Assembly: GCA_964442045.1 (NCBI GenBank)
Contig: CAYTWI010000006.1
Coordinates: forward strand, 1,971 to 65,970
Reading direction: 5' to 3'
Length of the DNA stretch: 64,000 nucleotides
From: an uncultured Bifidobacterium sp.
Lineage (GTDB): Bacteria; Bacteroidota; Bacteroidia; UKL13-3
The position numbers and the translations under genes were made by a program. A model generated the notes under the pieces. That model did no database searches. It was given only the letters and a program-made list of their open reading frames with translations, and was not told the origin of the DNA. Below, one piece after another: positions 8,404-16,899 of this stretch (position 1 is its first letter; each line of letters opens with the position of its first letter).

Positions 8404-11400
8404 CTAAATTGGTAAAACCTTTTCTGCCTCTTTCATCAAGTTGTCGTACATACTCATTGTAAATTTTTTAGCCGCCTCTACATCAACATCTAATATTAAA
8501 TCCCATTGAATATTTTCTTTACCAAAAGCATCTAACAACATGCTGCATCTAAACCCTTTGCCTTGTTTTAGTTCACTTAGTTTTACGTATAAATCAGCTT
8601 TTTTAATATTTATAACAGCACCGGCATTTTTAGCAATAAAAGTGGAAACTGCTGCTGTAACGTTTACCCCACTTTGGGCCATAGAAAGTGCTGCTTGAGC
8701 TACAGAAACATTTACAGATAGTACCGATTTCTCCATTTCTGTAAGGAAAGCATCGGCTTCTCTGAATGCTTTAACTACTTCCGTCAACTCTATATTATCC
8801 AGCTCCTCCGCTGCTTTTTTAACAGCCAACTGGCCAACCTGCAATGTCATTTTATAACTGTCCTCTGCTGCTTGCCAAAGTTGTTGTTGGTTGCCCGACT
8901 TGATGGCTTCCAAGGCCGATTCTGCTTTTTTATAAGGCTCAAAACTATTCACCCCTTTTTCTAGCTTCTGATAAGCTATTTCTGCATTTCTTAATACCCC
9001 CAGATTAAACCCTGTTCGGGCGGCTTCAAAAGCGGTATTTGCCGTAAAGTAAGTGGCAGCTTCTGCGGTTTTGTCTAAAAGATTAAGTGCTGTTCTTGCT
9101 GCTCCTAATGCAGCGTTGGCCGCCACTTTTTTAACATCGCAAGCCGCAATTTGCATATTGTTAAAGTGTTTTTTAGGGTTTAAAACACTATAACTGCTTC
9201 TTAAATTTTGATAATGCCTTATTTCATTATCTATATTATCGACATCTTGTTGGGCAGACTTAAGTTTATTACGTAAGTAGTCTGATTTAGAATCGTAAGA
9301 AGCTTTTGCACTTTTCAGTGTGCTTTCCGCATCATTTAACGCTGCATAATAAACCCTTCTTGCCTCATTTAAAACATTATTGGCATCAATCCAAGCTTTG
9401 TCGTAAGTGGCTCTTGTGTTCTGTAAAATTGTATTGGCATCTGTTAATACCTTGTCGTAGGCGGCTTTTGCATCAGTAAGATTTTGTTCGGCTTTTGCAC
9501 TTTCTCTTTTAAGTGTGGCCTGCGCATTTTGCAAAGCCTCCGTCAGCTTTTTCTTTAAAATCTCAGCGTCCTTTTCGGCATTGTCTTTTAATTTTTTTCT
9601 TCTTTGAAATTCTGTTTCGTACTCCTTTTGGGCTTTCTCTAAGTCTTTTTTTATTGTTTCTAATGATTGGTTAGAGTATTCCTGTGCTTCCTTAATTTTC
9701 TTCACCATTTCTGTTTTCAGGTATTGGCAAATGTCGTTTTCAAAGTTAGCTGTCAACTCAAAATCAAGCTCCTCCAACTTGTCTAATGAGCCATGGCTTT
9801 TACCTTTAACTTTGTATTTTAATAAATCGAAAAACTGATAATCAAAAAAGAACTCTGCTTTGTCTTTCTTAATATCAAGATATGCAGCAGCCATTATATC
9901 GTTGCATAACTGAATGCGTCCGTCAAAGAAAATTGATTGTTGCTCTGCTGTTAATTTAACATCAACCTTAGCATTTTTACCAACAGCACCTTTCAGTTCA
10001 AGCGGACCCAATTTAAACTCATCAACATGACCGACAATTTCCATTCCGCTGCTGTTTACAAGTGCTTTAAGGTTTATTTCTTTTTTAAATAAAACCATGT
10101 TACATACAAAGCTAAATCCGGGTTCATAAATAATATTTCCTATTGACCCTCCTAATGGAGCACAATATATTTTTAATTGTTGCAGCTCAAAAAATGGTGG
10201 CACATTGTTTAAAGGAATTTGTTGTCCCGTTATTTCTGTAGCAAACTTCGCCAGATTTTCCGGTGACAGTGTTTCTACTTCGCCATAAAGTATTTGATCT
10301 TTACCTGCAGAGGAGCCTTTAAGAGCCATTTTTCCCTTTATATCGCCTAGTTGCAAACCACCGGCAATACCTAAGCTTGATGGTGTTCCTGTTGAGGCAA
10401 ATTGTACATAGTTAATCCCTATTTCTGTTGCCAGTTCTGGTCCTATTTGAATACCTTTTACACCAAAAGGATGTTTCCAATACCCAAGCAGGGTAGCAGA
10501 GGCAGAGGCATCTACCGGTCCTACTTTTAAAGTAAAATCTAAGTCAAGCGAGTTGTCCTGTGGCGTTGGTTTAATTGATACCGGGAAGCTTAGGCTAAGT
10601 TTAGGTGTGGGGTCAATTAACACACCTATTTTAAATGGTTTACAAACAACCTGCTCTCCTAAATGCAGCCGGGTATCTTCTGGCATACTTATGTGTAAGC
10701 TTTTATTGTTTTTGCTTAAAAGCAATTCCAATTTCATATTCAGGTTTTTATTGTCTCTCAGTAGGGTTTGAATAGGCGTAAACTCCCTTACCGTAGCCTT
10801 AAGCTGAAAACCCGCTTTTATATCTTCGTCCGGCAATTCATCTATTTTGCAGGCTTTTTGCGCATAAACAAAAGTTGCTTTTGAAAACTTAATGGTATCT
10901 ACCGCGGAGTTTTTGGCCTTAGGCAAAATATCGCTAATACTAAAGGTAGGATTGGCCACATCTGCATAAACTACGGCATTCCAGCCATCGCTTATTTTTT
11001 TGTATGAGAGGCCTGCTTTTAAGGTTAACGACTCGTACTTAATCTCTCCTTTTATTTGCAATCCGCTTCTCTTTTTGCTGGAGGCCCCGGCATATATCAA
11101 TTCCATTTCGGGTTTAATAAAATGCACATCGCCAATGCTCACCGTATCGGTTATAGCTCCGGTAAACAAAATATCTTCTTTCGTTATCATTGCATTGGCC
11201 TTACATTTATGGTTGTTTACGGTAATATCTGCCGTAACCTGTATACCGCGTTTTACTTCTTCAACTCCTATTTTTCCATCAGCAGAAGCAATAGTTAAAC
11301 TCACATTTTCAAAACTTACTTTGTTATCAGGGGCAGAGTAATTGGCCTGTGCTTTAAAAATATTAGTTAAGTCATTAAAGGTAAAAGCATTTTTAACTTT

Positions 11401-12309
11401 AGCCGTTAAGCCCATAAAATCAGATTCTATGACTCCTTTAAACTGATAACTTTGTGAGGGGGTTACCAGGTCGGCTGTTATACCCAAACTTTTAGTATCT
11501 CCTAATTGAAAGCTTACTTTAAAATTATCCAACGCCAGATTTTCTATGCCAAAAACATTTTCTACTTTTTTGGCCTCAGCCTTTACCTGAAGTGTTCCTT
11601 TGCTGTAGGTAATTTCACCTGCCATTCTAACTGGGTTTTTAGCCATATTATTAAAGGTAAATACCCCTTTAACAATAGGCGTAACCTGCCAGCTCTTGGT
11701 TTCTTCATTTTTTTCCACTACCAACATCAAACCTCCTTCTGAGAGGGTAATTGCAGAGCTTAAGTCTTTATAAAAATTACTTGCCGTAACAAAACTTACA
11801 TTATCCAATACAACCTTTTTGCTAATATCCTGCTTATTGGGGTCAATAATGGCTTCTACATATAGCATGTAATCTAGTTTCAGAAGCTCTTTAAATGTAC
11901 TAAGAACGGGACCATCAAGTGTAAGAAAACCGGAAAAAAGAAACATACCTGATTTTTCGTCAATGGTTATTCTGGCTTGTTTAAATTGCATATAGCTTCC
12001 CGCTATTTCATTTAAGCCGTCAAACACTTCATCAATGCTTATTTGTTCTTTACTAAATACCCCAATGGCCATGTGAACAGTATCGTTCATTATTAAGCCC
12101 TGGAGCGGTGTTTTTTCTATACCTAATAAAGTAGCAGTAGCCGTGTAACTTAATTCATCATTTTCGCTGATTGTGACAGTTTCTGTTGGTAATGTTCCTT
12201 CTTTTTTCTCGGGCTGCGGTAATTCAAAGAAAGAAAGGTTGTCAAGGTTTGTAACTGTCGGGTTTTCTAAATTAACCGACAAGATTTTTTGGGGTAATGT
12301 AGGTTTCAT
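8404..12309 (-). CDS. Large orphan protein (1301 aa): N-terminal beta-strand-rich region of about 850 aa plus a C-terminal Ala/Lys/Glu-rich helical region of about 450 aa
   Basis: This is an uninterrupted 3.9-kb ORF with an ATG start and its own terminator. I can see no signal peptide, lipobox, TM segment, T9SS CTD, P-loop or metal or catalytic motif. Confidence 0.85.
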   Translation of the reverse strand: MKPTLPQKILSVNLENPTVTNLDNLSFFELPQPEKKEGTLPTETVTISENDELSYTATATLLGIEKTPLQGLIMNDTVHMAIGVFSKEQISIDEVFDGLNEIAGSYMQFKQARITIDEKSGMFLFSGFLTLDGPVLSTFKELLKLDYMLYVEAIIDPNKQDISKKVVLDNVSFVTASNFYKDLSSAITLSEGGLMLVVEKNEETKSWQVTPIVKGVFTFNNMAKNPVRMAGEITYSKGTLQVKAEAKKVENVFGIENLALDNFKVSFQLGDTKSLGITADLVTPSQSYQFKGVIESDFMGLTAKVKNAFTFNDLTNIFKAQANYSAPDNKVSFENVSLTIASADGKIGVEEVKRGIQVTADITVNNHKCKANAMITKEDILFTGAITDTVSIGDVHFIKPEMELIYAGASSKKRSGLQIKGEIKYESLTLKAGLSYKKISDGWNAVVYADVANPTFSISDILPKAKNSAVDTIKFSKATFVYAQKACKIDELPDEDIKAGFQLKATVREFTPIQTLLRDNKNLNMKLELLLSKNNKSLHISMPEDTRLHLGEQVVCKPFKIGVLIDPTPKLSLSFPVSIKPTPQDNSLDLDFTLKVGPVDASASATLLGYWKHPFGVKGIQIGPELATEIGINYVQFASTGTPSSLGIAGGLQLGDIKGKMALKGSSAGKDQILYGEVETLSPENLAKFATEITGQQIPLNNVPPFFELQQLKIYCAPLGGSIGNIIYEPGFSFVCNMVLFKKEINLKALVNSSGMEIVGHVDEFKLGPLELKGAVGKNAKVDVKLTAEQQSIFFDGRIQLCNDIMAAAYLDIKKDKAEFFFDYQFFDLLKYKVKGKSHGSLDKLEELDFELTANFENDICQYLKTEMVKKIKEAQEYSNQSLETIKKDLEKAQKEYETEFQRRKKLKDNAEKDAEILKKKLTEALQNAQATLKRESAKAEQNLTDAKAAYDKVLTDANTILQNTRATYDKAWIDANNVLNEARRVYYAALNDAESTLKSAKASYDSKSDYLRNKLKSAQQDVDNIDNEIRHYQNLRSSYSVLNPKKHFNNMQIAACDVKKVAANAALGAARTALNLLDKTAEAATYFTANTAFEAARTGFNLGVLRNAEIAYQKLEKGVNSFEPYKKAESALEAIKSGNQQQLWQAAEDSYKMTLQVGQLAVKKAAEELDNIELTEVVKAFREADAFLTEMEKSVLSVNVSVAQAALSMAQSGVNVTAAVSTFIAKNAGAVINIKKADLYVKLSELKQGKGFRCSMLLDAFGKENIQWDLILDVDVEAAKKFTMSMYDNLMKEAEKVLPI

Positions 12310-12375
12310 AAAATTTATATGCTTAAATTAAAACTTTTCAGGGTAGAAATATATTATTTACCCGTATATGAAACT

Positions 12376-12412
12376 TTTGCGTTAAGCTAATTTTTATTAC
12401 CCTTTGCGTTAA
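12376..12412 (-). promoter_or_regulatory. Direct repeat TTTGCGTTAA x2 (27-bp spacing) upstream of the 1301-aa gene
   Basis: The copies are at 12376-12385 and 12403-12412, 67-103 bp upstream of the ATG at 12309. The extended matches are (c)TTTTGCGTTAAGC and (c)CTTTGCGTTAACC. Confidence 0.35.
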
Positions 12413-12517
12413 CCTTTGTCATGACCGGCAATAAATAACACCTGCTTAATTATTTATTTACAATAAATTTTAAGCACTGCAATCTGACCGGAAACTTTTA
12501 AAGTTATTGTTCAAGAA

Positions 12518-12808
12518 TTACTTCTTTTCTTGTTCTGTGCTTGTTTCGCTGGTCGGATTATCAAGCTCAGGGGTGCCCTCAATCCTCGACAAAAAGTTGA
12601 TAGTTCCTTTGTTTTTCCAGACTCTTGTAGCCCAAAATATTCCCGCAGTAAGGCCTAAAACAACTATTAATATGCTAATGATTAAGCTTGTTGGGGTTGG
12701 GTTGGGAAAATAAATAAAGGCTCCTATTATAAGACCCAAAAGTGTTGGAGAGGCTACAATTCTTAACCATCCAAACAATTCTATAATAAATTCTATAACT
12801 TTAAACAT
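12518..12808 (-). CDS. Small membrane protein (2 TM, acidic C-terminal tail)
   Basis: This 96-aa ORF has two hydrophobic helices (LRIVASPTLLGLIIGAFIYF and LIISILIVVLGLTAGIFWA) and ends in ...ELDNPTSETSTEQEKK. Confidence 0.5.
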   Translation of the reverse strand: MFKVIEFIIELFGWLRIVASPTLLGLIIGAFIYFPNPTPTSLIISILIVVLGLTAGIFWATRVWKNKGTINFLSRIEGTPELDNPTSETSTEQEKK

Positions 12809-12968
12809 CTTAATTCAAATTTGGTATAACTAGTAAATATAACCAAACCGATTACAAAACTTGCTTGCCAGTCACTGATTAAATATTTTTGATTCAATGA
12901 TACTGATTTCCTTAGAGTAAAGTAATCAAGGCAATCAAATCAATCATAAAAATCACAGTACAGACATA

Positions 12969-13664
12969 CTACAACAACTTCTTAGCCACGGTACCTACAA
13001 AGTCCTTTAAATAAAAAGGCTCAAAATAAGCTACGTCTTCAAATTGTTTTTGGGTAAAAGCCTCATGGGCCAGTTGGCTTAAATAAGAGGCATTACAGGC
13101 CACAGAAACGCCAAATTGGGCATTGGGTGTATGGGGGGTGTTGATAGTTGTTTCACATTTAGCGGCTCCATTGCCAATAAAAGCAATTTCGTTTTGTAGT
13201 AAGTCTGCTTTAAATGAATCGGCATCTATTATTTTGGCCTGGGTAGGCATTACTTCTTGCAGCTTTGCATTATACAGAGCACAATACACTTCCATTCTGC
13301 GTGCATCTATCATGGGGCAAACCAAGCCTGAAAAATTTGGATATTTTAACCAGTAACCATGGGCTAAACTCTGTAAAGTATTAATGGCAATCAAAGGAAT
13401 TTGTAAAGCATAACAATAACCTTTGGCAGCCGAAACACCTACGCGTAAACCGGTATAGCTGCCGGGGCCTTTGCTTACCGCTATGGCATCCAGTTGTTGT
13501 AAAGTGATGGCCGCTGATTGCAAAGCCTTAGCTACCAATATATGTAATTGTGCCGCATGGCTATTGCCGGAAGCATCCTCCGCCAAGGCAATGGTTTCCC
13601 CATTGCGGGCAATGGCTACCGAGCAAATCTCCGTGGCGGTTTCAATACATAAAATAAAAGCCAT
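12969..13664 (-). CDS. tsaB: tRNA N6-threonylcarbamoyladenosine biosynthesis protein TsaB
   Basis: 'ILCIETATEICSVAI...' and 'AVSKGPGSYTGLRVGVSAAKGYCYALQIPLIAINTL' are characteristic of YeaZ/TsaB. Confidence 0.85.
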   Translation of the reverse strand: MAFILCIETATEICSVAIARNGETIALAEDASGNSHAAQLHILVAKALQSAAITLQQLDAIAVSKGPGSYTGLRVGVSAAKGYCYALQIPLIAINTLQSLAHGYWLKYPNFSGLVCPMIDARRMEVYCALYNAKLQEVMPTQAKIIDADSFKADLLQNEIAFIGNGAAKCETTINTPHTPNAQFGVSVACNASYLSQLAHEAFTQKQFEDVAYFEPFYLKDFVGTVAKKLL

Positions 13665-13667
13665 GTA

Positions 13668-15725
13668 TTAGTAATTTAGCAGTTCAACCAACTTAGCAGC
13701 CACCTTATCGGCATTAGGCAACATTTCTGCTTCCAAGCCCATGTTTAAAGGTACAGCAGGTAAGTTCCTGGCACCAATGGTCATTACAGGCGCATCTAAT
13801 TTGGTAAAGCAATTTTGCATAATACGTGCAGCCAGACTTTCGGCAAACGAGTTAAGCAATGGTTCTTCTGTTACCACCAAACATTTACCATGTTTGGCTA
13901 CACTCGCCATAATGGTTTCTTCGTCCAGCGGTTGTAAGGAGCGCAGGTCAACTATTTCAACCCTGCCTGCAAACTGTTTGGCAGCGGTTAAGCTCCAGTA
14001 TACGCCCATACCCCAGGTAATAATGGTACAGCTTTCGCCATTTTCTATGGCTTCATCATTGGCTTGTAAAACTATATTGGCTTTGCCAAATGGCAATATA
14101 TAATCTTCATCAGGCTCAATGCAACGGGCTAATTCGGTACCCGGGTTTTTACTCCAGTACAAACCTTTATGCTCTAACATAATACACGGATTACCATCGT
14201 AGTAAGCCGCTTTCATTAAGCCTTTCATATCGGCTGCATTGCTTGGGTAAGCTATTTTTATACCTTTTAAGGTTAATAAGGTTGACTCTATACTGCCACT
14301 GTGGTAAGGACCTCCCCCACCGTAAGCACCTATAGGAATACGTATCACACAACTTACCGGAAACTTACCCATGGTCAGGTAACTCGATTTGGTAATTTCG
14401 CATACCAATTGATTCACCCCGCTCCATACATAATCGGCAAACTGAATTTCAACTATGGGTTTAACACCTACTGCACTCATACCCACGGTTGAGCCTACAA
14501 TATAGGCTTCCTGAATAGGTGTATTGAATACCCGGTTATCGCCATATTTTCCGGCTAAAGTAGCCGCTTCGCGAAATACACCGCCTAGCCTTGCTCCCAC
14601 ATCCTGGCCGTAAAATATGGCTTCCGGATGTTTGCGCATAATTTCATCAACGGCATGTAAAGCCGCATCAACCATTACACTGGGCTCTTTGCCTTCGGGT
14701 GTTCTGTTACCCACTTCTGTTGCTGCCTGCGAAGGCGCAAACACATGGTTTTCCAAACTGGCTAAAGTAGGCTCCGGTGCATTTACGGCATCGCTAAACT
14801 GGGTAGCTACATAAGCAGTAGCTTCTGTATTTATTTTTTCTATTTCCTGTGCATTGGCAATGCCATTGTCCAGCAAATACATTTTTAATTTATCAAAGGG
14901 GTCAATGGCCGTATGTTTAGCCATATCATCATCTGTTCTGTACCACTCTTTGCGCACCCCTGAGGTATGGTGGCCTAACAAAGGTACTTTGGCATGTAAC
15001 AAAATAGGTGCGCGGTGAATACGCACATAAGCCAGACACTCTTTAATGGCCTGGTACGAAGCCACAAAATCGCTTCCGTCAACCCTGCGTCTTTCCAATC
15101 CTTTAAAACCTGCTGCATACTCGTAAGCATCCATGGCACGCATTTCTTCGCCACTGGCGCTAATGCCCCAATCGTTGTCCTGCACAAAATAAACCATCGG
15201 TAGTTTTTTCAAAACAGCCATTTGCAAAGCTTCGGCTATTTCGCCTTCGGTTACCGAGCCATCGCCTAAACTACAAACCACTACGGGTTTTTCGTTCGGG
15301 TTGTTTAAGCCCTGGCTTTCTTTATAGGCTACGCCATGTGCCATACCCGTTGCCGGAATAGCCTGCATGCCAGTAGCGCTGCTTTGGTGCGGCATAACCG
15401 GAATACCTTCTCTGCGTAATGAGGGGTGCGAGTAATAGGTACGTCCGCCAGAAAATGGATCATCGGCCTTGGCTAAAAGTTGCAACATGAGCTCGTAAGG
15501 AGTTAAACCCAAGCCCAGTAACAAACTTTCATCGCGGTAATAAGGAGCCACAAAATCAAAAGCCTGTAGCTGAAAAGCCAGTGCCAGTTGCACTGCTTCG
15601 TGGCCTTTGCTGGTGGAGTGAACGTATTTGGTAACAGCACGGTTGGCGTCATAAATATCGGCCATAGCCCTTGCCGTACACATTAATCGATACGCTTTTA
15701 AAAGTACACTGTTTTCTATACTCAT
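13668..15725 (-). CDS. Thiamine-diphosphate-dependent 2-oxoacid dehydrogenase E1 component, fused alpha/beta subunits
   Basis: The N-terminal half of this 685-aa protein has the TPP motif 'SLGDGSVTEGE...(25)...VQDNDWGIS'. The C-terminal half looks like an E1-beta/transketolase pyrimidine-binding domain ('RVFNTPIQEAYIVGSTVGMS'). Confidence 0.85.
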   Translation of the reverse strand: MSIENSVLLKAYRLMCTARAMADIYDANRAVTKYVHSTSKGHEAVQLALAFQLQAFDFVAPYYRDESLLLGLGLTPYELMLQLLAKADDPFSGGRTYYSHPSLRREGIPVMPHQSSATGMQAIPATGMAHGVAYKESQGLNNPNEKPVVVCSLGDGSVTEGEIAEALQMAVLKKLPMVYFVQDNDWGISASGEEMRAMDAYEYAAGFKGLERRRVDGSDFVASYQAIKECLAYVRIHRAPILLHAKVPLLGHHTSGVRKEWYRTDDDMAKHTAIDPFDKLKMYLLDNGIANAQEIEKINTEATAYVATQFSDAVNAPEPTLASLENHVFAPSQAATEVGNRTPEGKEPSVMVDAALHAVDEIMRKHPEAIFYGQDVGARLGGVFREAATLAGKYGDNRVFNTPIQEAYIVGSTVGMSAVGVKPIVEIQFADYVWSGVNQLVCEITKSSYLTMGKFPVSCVIRIPIGAYGGGGPYHSGSIESTLLTLKGIKIAYPSNAADMKGLMKAAYYDGNPCIMLEHKGLYWSKNPGTELARCIEPDEDYILPFGKANIVLQANDEAIENGESCTIITWGMGVYWSLTAAKQFAGRVEIVDLRSLQPLDEETIMASVAKHGKCLVVTEEPLLNSFAESLAARIMQNCFTKLDAPVMTIGARNLPAVPLNMGLEAEMLPNADKVAAKLVELLNY

Positions 15726-15854
15726 AAGGGCTGCAAGTTTAGCTTTTATCTGCTATTAAACCAATGTGTTTTTACAATTACGTAATATAGCTTTTATCAT
15801 AAACGTACTTAAGTCAACAGCATAAAAAACAACTGTTTTTAGCCGCCTTTGTCC

Positions 15855-15964
15855 AAGGTTGGTGTCCCCACCAACCTTCTCCGTGTCATTGCTAGGAACA
15901 AAGCAATCAGTAAGAAAAACGGCAAAATATAACATTAGGATTGCTTCACTGCGTTCGCAATGAC
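15855..15964. repeat. Composite REP-like element
   Basis: The hairpin is AAGGTTGGTG-TCCC-CACCAACCTT (15855-15878). It is followed by two inverted copies of GTCATTGC...AGCAATC (15885-15908 and 15939-15964). Translation gives the 'DCFVPSNDT' and 'HCERSEAI' strings of the spurious ORF 15756..15986. Confidence 0.6.
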
Positions 15965-16090
15965 GTTCGTTATTATGGGTGTGCATAATGATATAATAAG
16001 TAAACGGCTCGTTTTATAATTTACAAATCAATGTATTATATATTTGTATTACTATTTTATTAGAGACAATCATAATAAAGTAAACCGAAA

Positions 16091-16600
16091 ATGACCGAAA
16101 AAGAAATTATAAAAGAACAAAACAAAATTATAAAACATTTAAAAAAAGGTTATCCGAACAAGGACATTGATGTTACCTCATTTTTTGTAAAAGGAAGACA
16201 GCTTTATGATAAAAATGATATATATTTAATTCACAATGTATATGGTAAAATACAAGACTTCGTTGAGTTTAAAAATAGTTTTAATGGGCTACTACTAATA
16301 GAGGTTAATACAAGTGACAACATAAAAGTTTTCGCGCATTTAACAGAAAGGGGTTATGAATATGCAAATAATAGAGGAGCATCTATTAGAAGTAAATGGG
16401 CACTTGGAGTTGCTATTGCTTCTTTAGTATTAGCTTTTAGTAGCTTCTTTTATAGCGCTTGCAATACTTCAAATAATAATAAAGAATATTCCCTATTTAA
16501 AAAAGAAACACAAACACTAATATCGGACAGCTTGAAAAACTTTCGGAACTATATGCAAAATCAAAGTATTCCTGTCAAAAATCCAACCCCCACCAAGTAA
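16091..16600 (+). CDS. Hypothetical protein with one C-terminal-proximal TM segment
   Basis: This 169-aa ORF is visibly AT-rich. It has a TM segment 'WALGVAIASLVLAFSSFFY'. I recognise no motif. Confidence 0.5.
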   Translation: MTEKEIIKEQNKIIKHLKKGYPNKDIDVTSFFVKGRQLYDKNDIYLIHNVYGKIQDFVEFKNSFNGLLLIEVNTSDNIKVFAHLTERGYEYANNRGASIRSKWALGVAIASLVLAFSSFFYSACNTSNNNKEYSLFKKETQTLISDSLKNFRNYMQNQSIPVKNPTPTK

Positions 16601-16630
16601 CCAACTAAACACCCCCTGCGTATTTTACTC

Positions 16631-16795
16631 CCAACCGGGTTGGCAAGCTTATACGGGGTACCTGTAATGCCGCTTACTGAGTAAGCAAACAAATACGGGC
16701 TACTTATTTTGTTCCTTACCGGGTAGGGGAGAAAATATGGGGTACGTATGGTGCGGCCAACCGGGTTGGCGGGCCCATACGGGCTAAAAGCTACT
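16631..16795. repeat. Three copies of a unit of about 40 nt: palindrome CCwwCCGGGTwGG + 6-8 nt + ATAyGGGsTA
   Basis: The copies start at 16631 (CCAACCGGGTTGGCAAGCTTATACGGGGTACC), 16714 (CCTTACCGGGTAGGGGAGAAAATATGGGGTACG) and 16757 (CCAACCGGGTTGGCGGGCCCATACGGGCTAA). The region is ORF-free. Confidence 0.55.
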
Positions 16796-16899
16796 TATAA
16801 ATAGTAAAAACCCTACTAAAACCCCATAAAATAGTGGGTTTTCGCTATTGATTTTAAGGGTATGTCCCTGTTTTTTTGTTTGTACTAATTAACAATTAC

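Noticed and set aside
10553-11742. Four plus-strand ORFs (72-113 aa) lie inside the 1301-aa gene.
   Set aside because: They are antisense to a long, uninterrupted, compositionally protein-like ORF. They are low-complexity and hydrophobic, as expected for antisense frames in AT-rich DNA.
12507-12713. A 68-aa plus-strand ORF lies opposite the 96-aa small membrane protein ORF.
   Set aside because: The minus-strand frame is longer, has two clean TM helices and a polar tail, and is co-oriented with its neighbours.
13741-15203. Several 62-120-aa ORFs, on both strands, lie inside the E1 dehydrogenase gene.
   Set aside because: They lie within a 685-aa ORF that has clear TPP-enzyme motifs, either antisense to it or in an alternative frame.
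15756-15986. A 76-aa ORF (MHTHNNERHCERSEAILM...DCFVPSNDTEKVGGDTNLG...).
   Set aside because: It is made entirely of REP-like hairpin units. Its peptide strings are simply the translations of the palindromic repeats.
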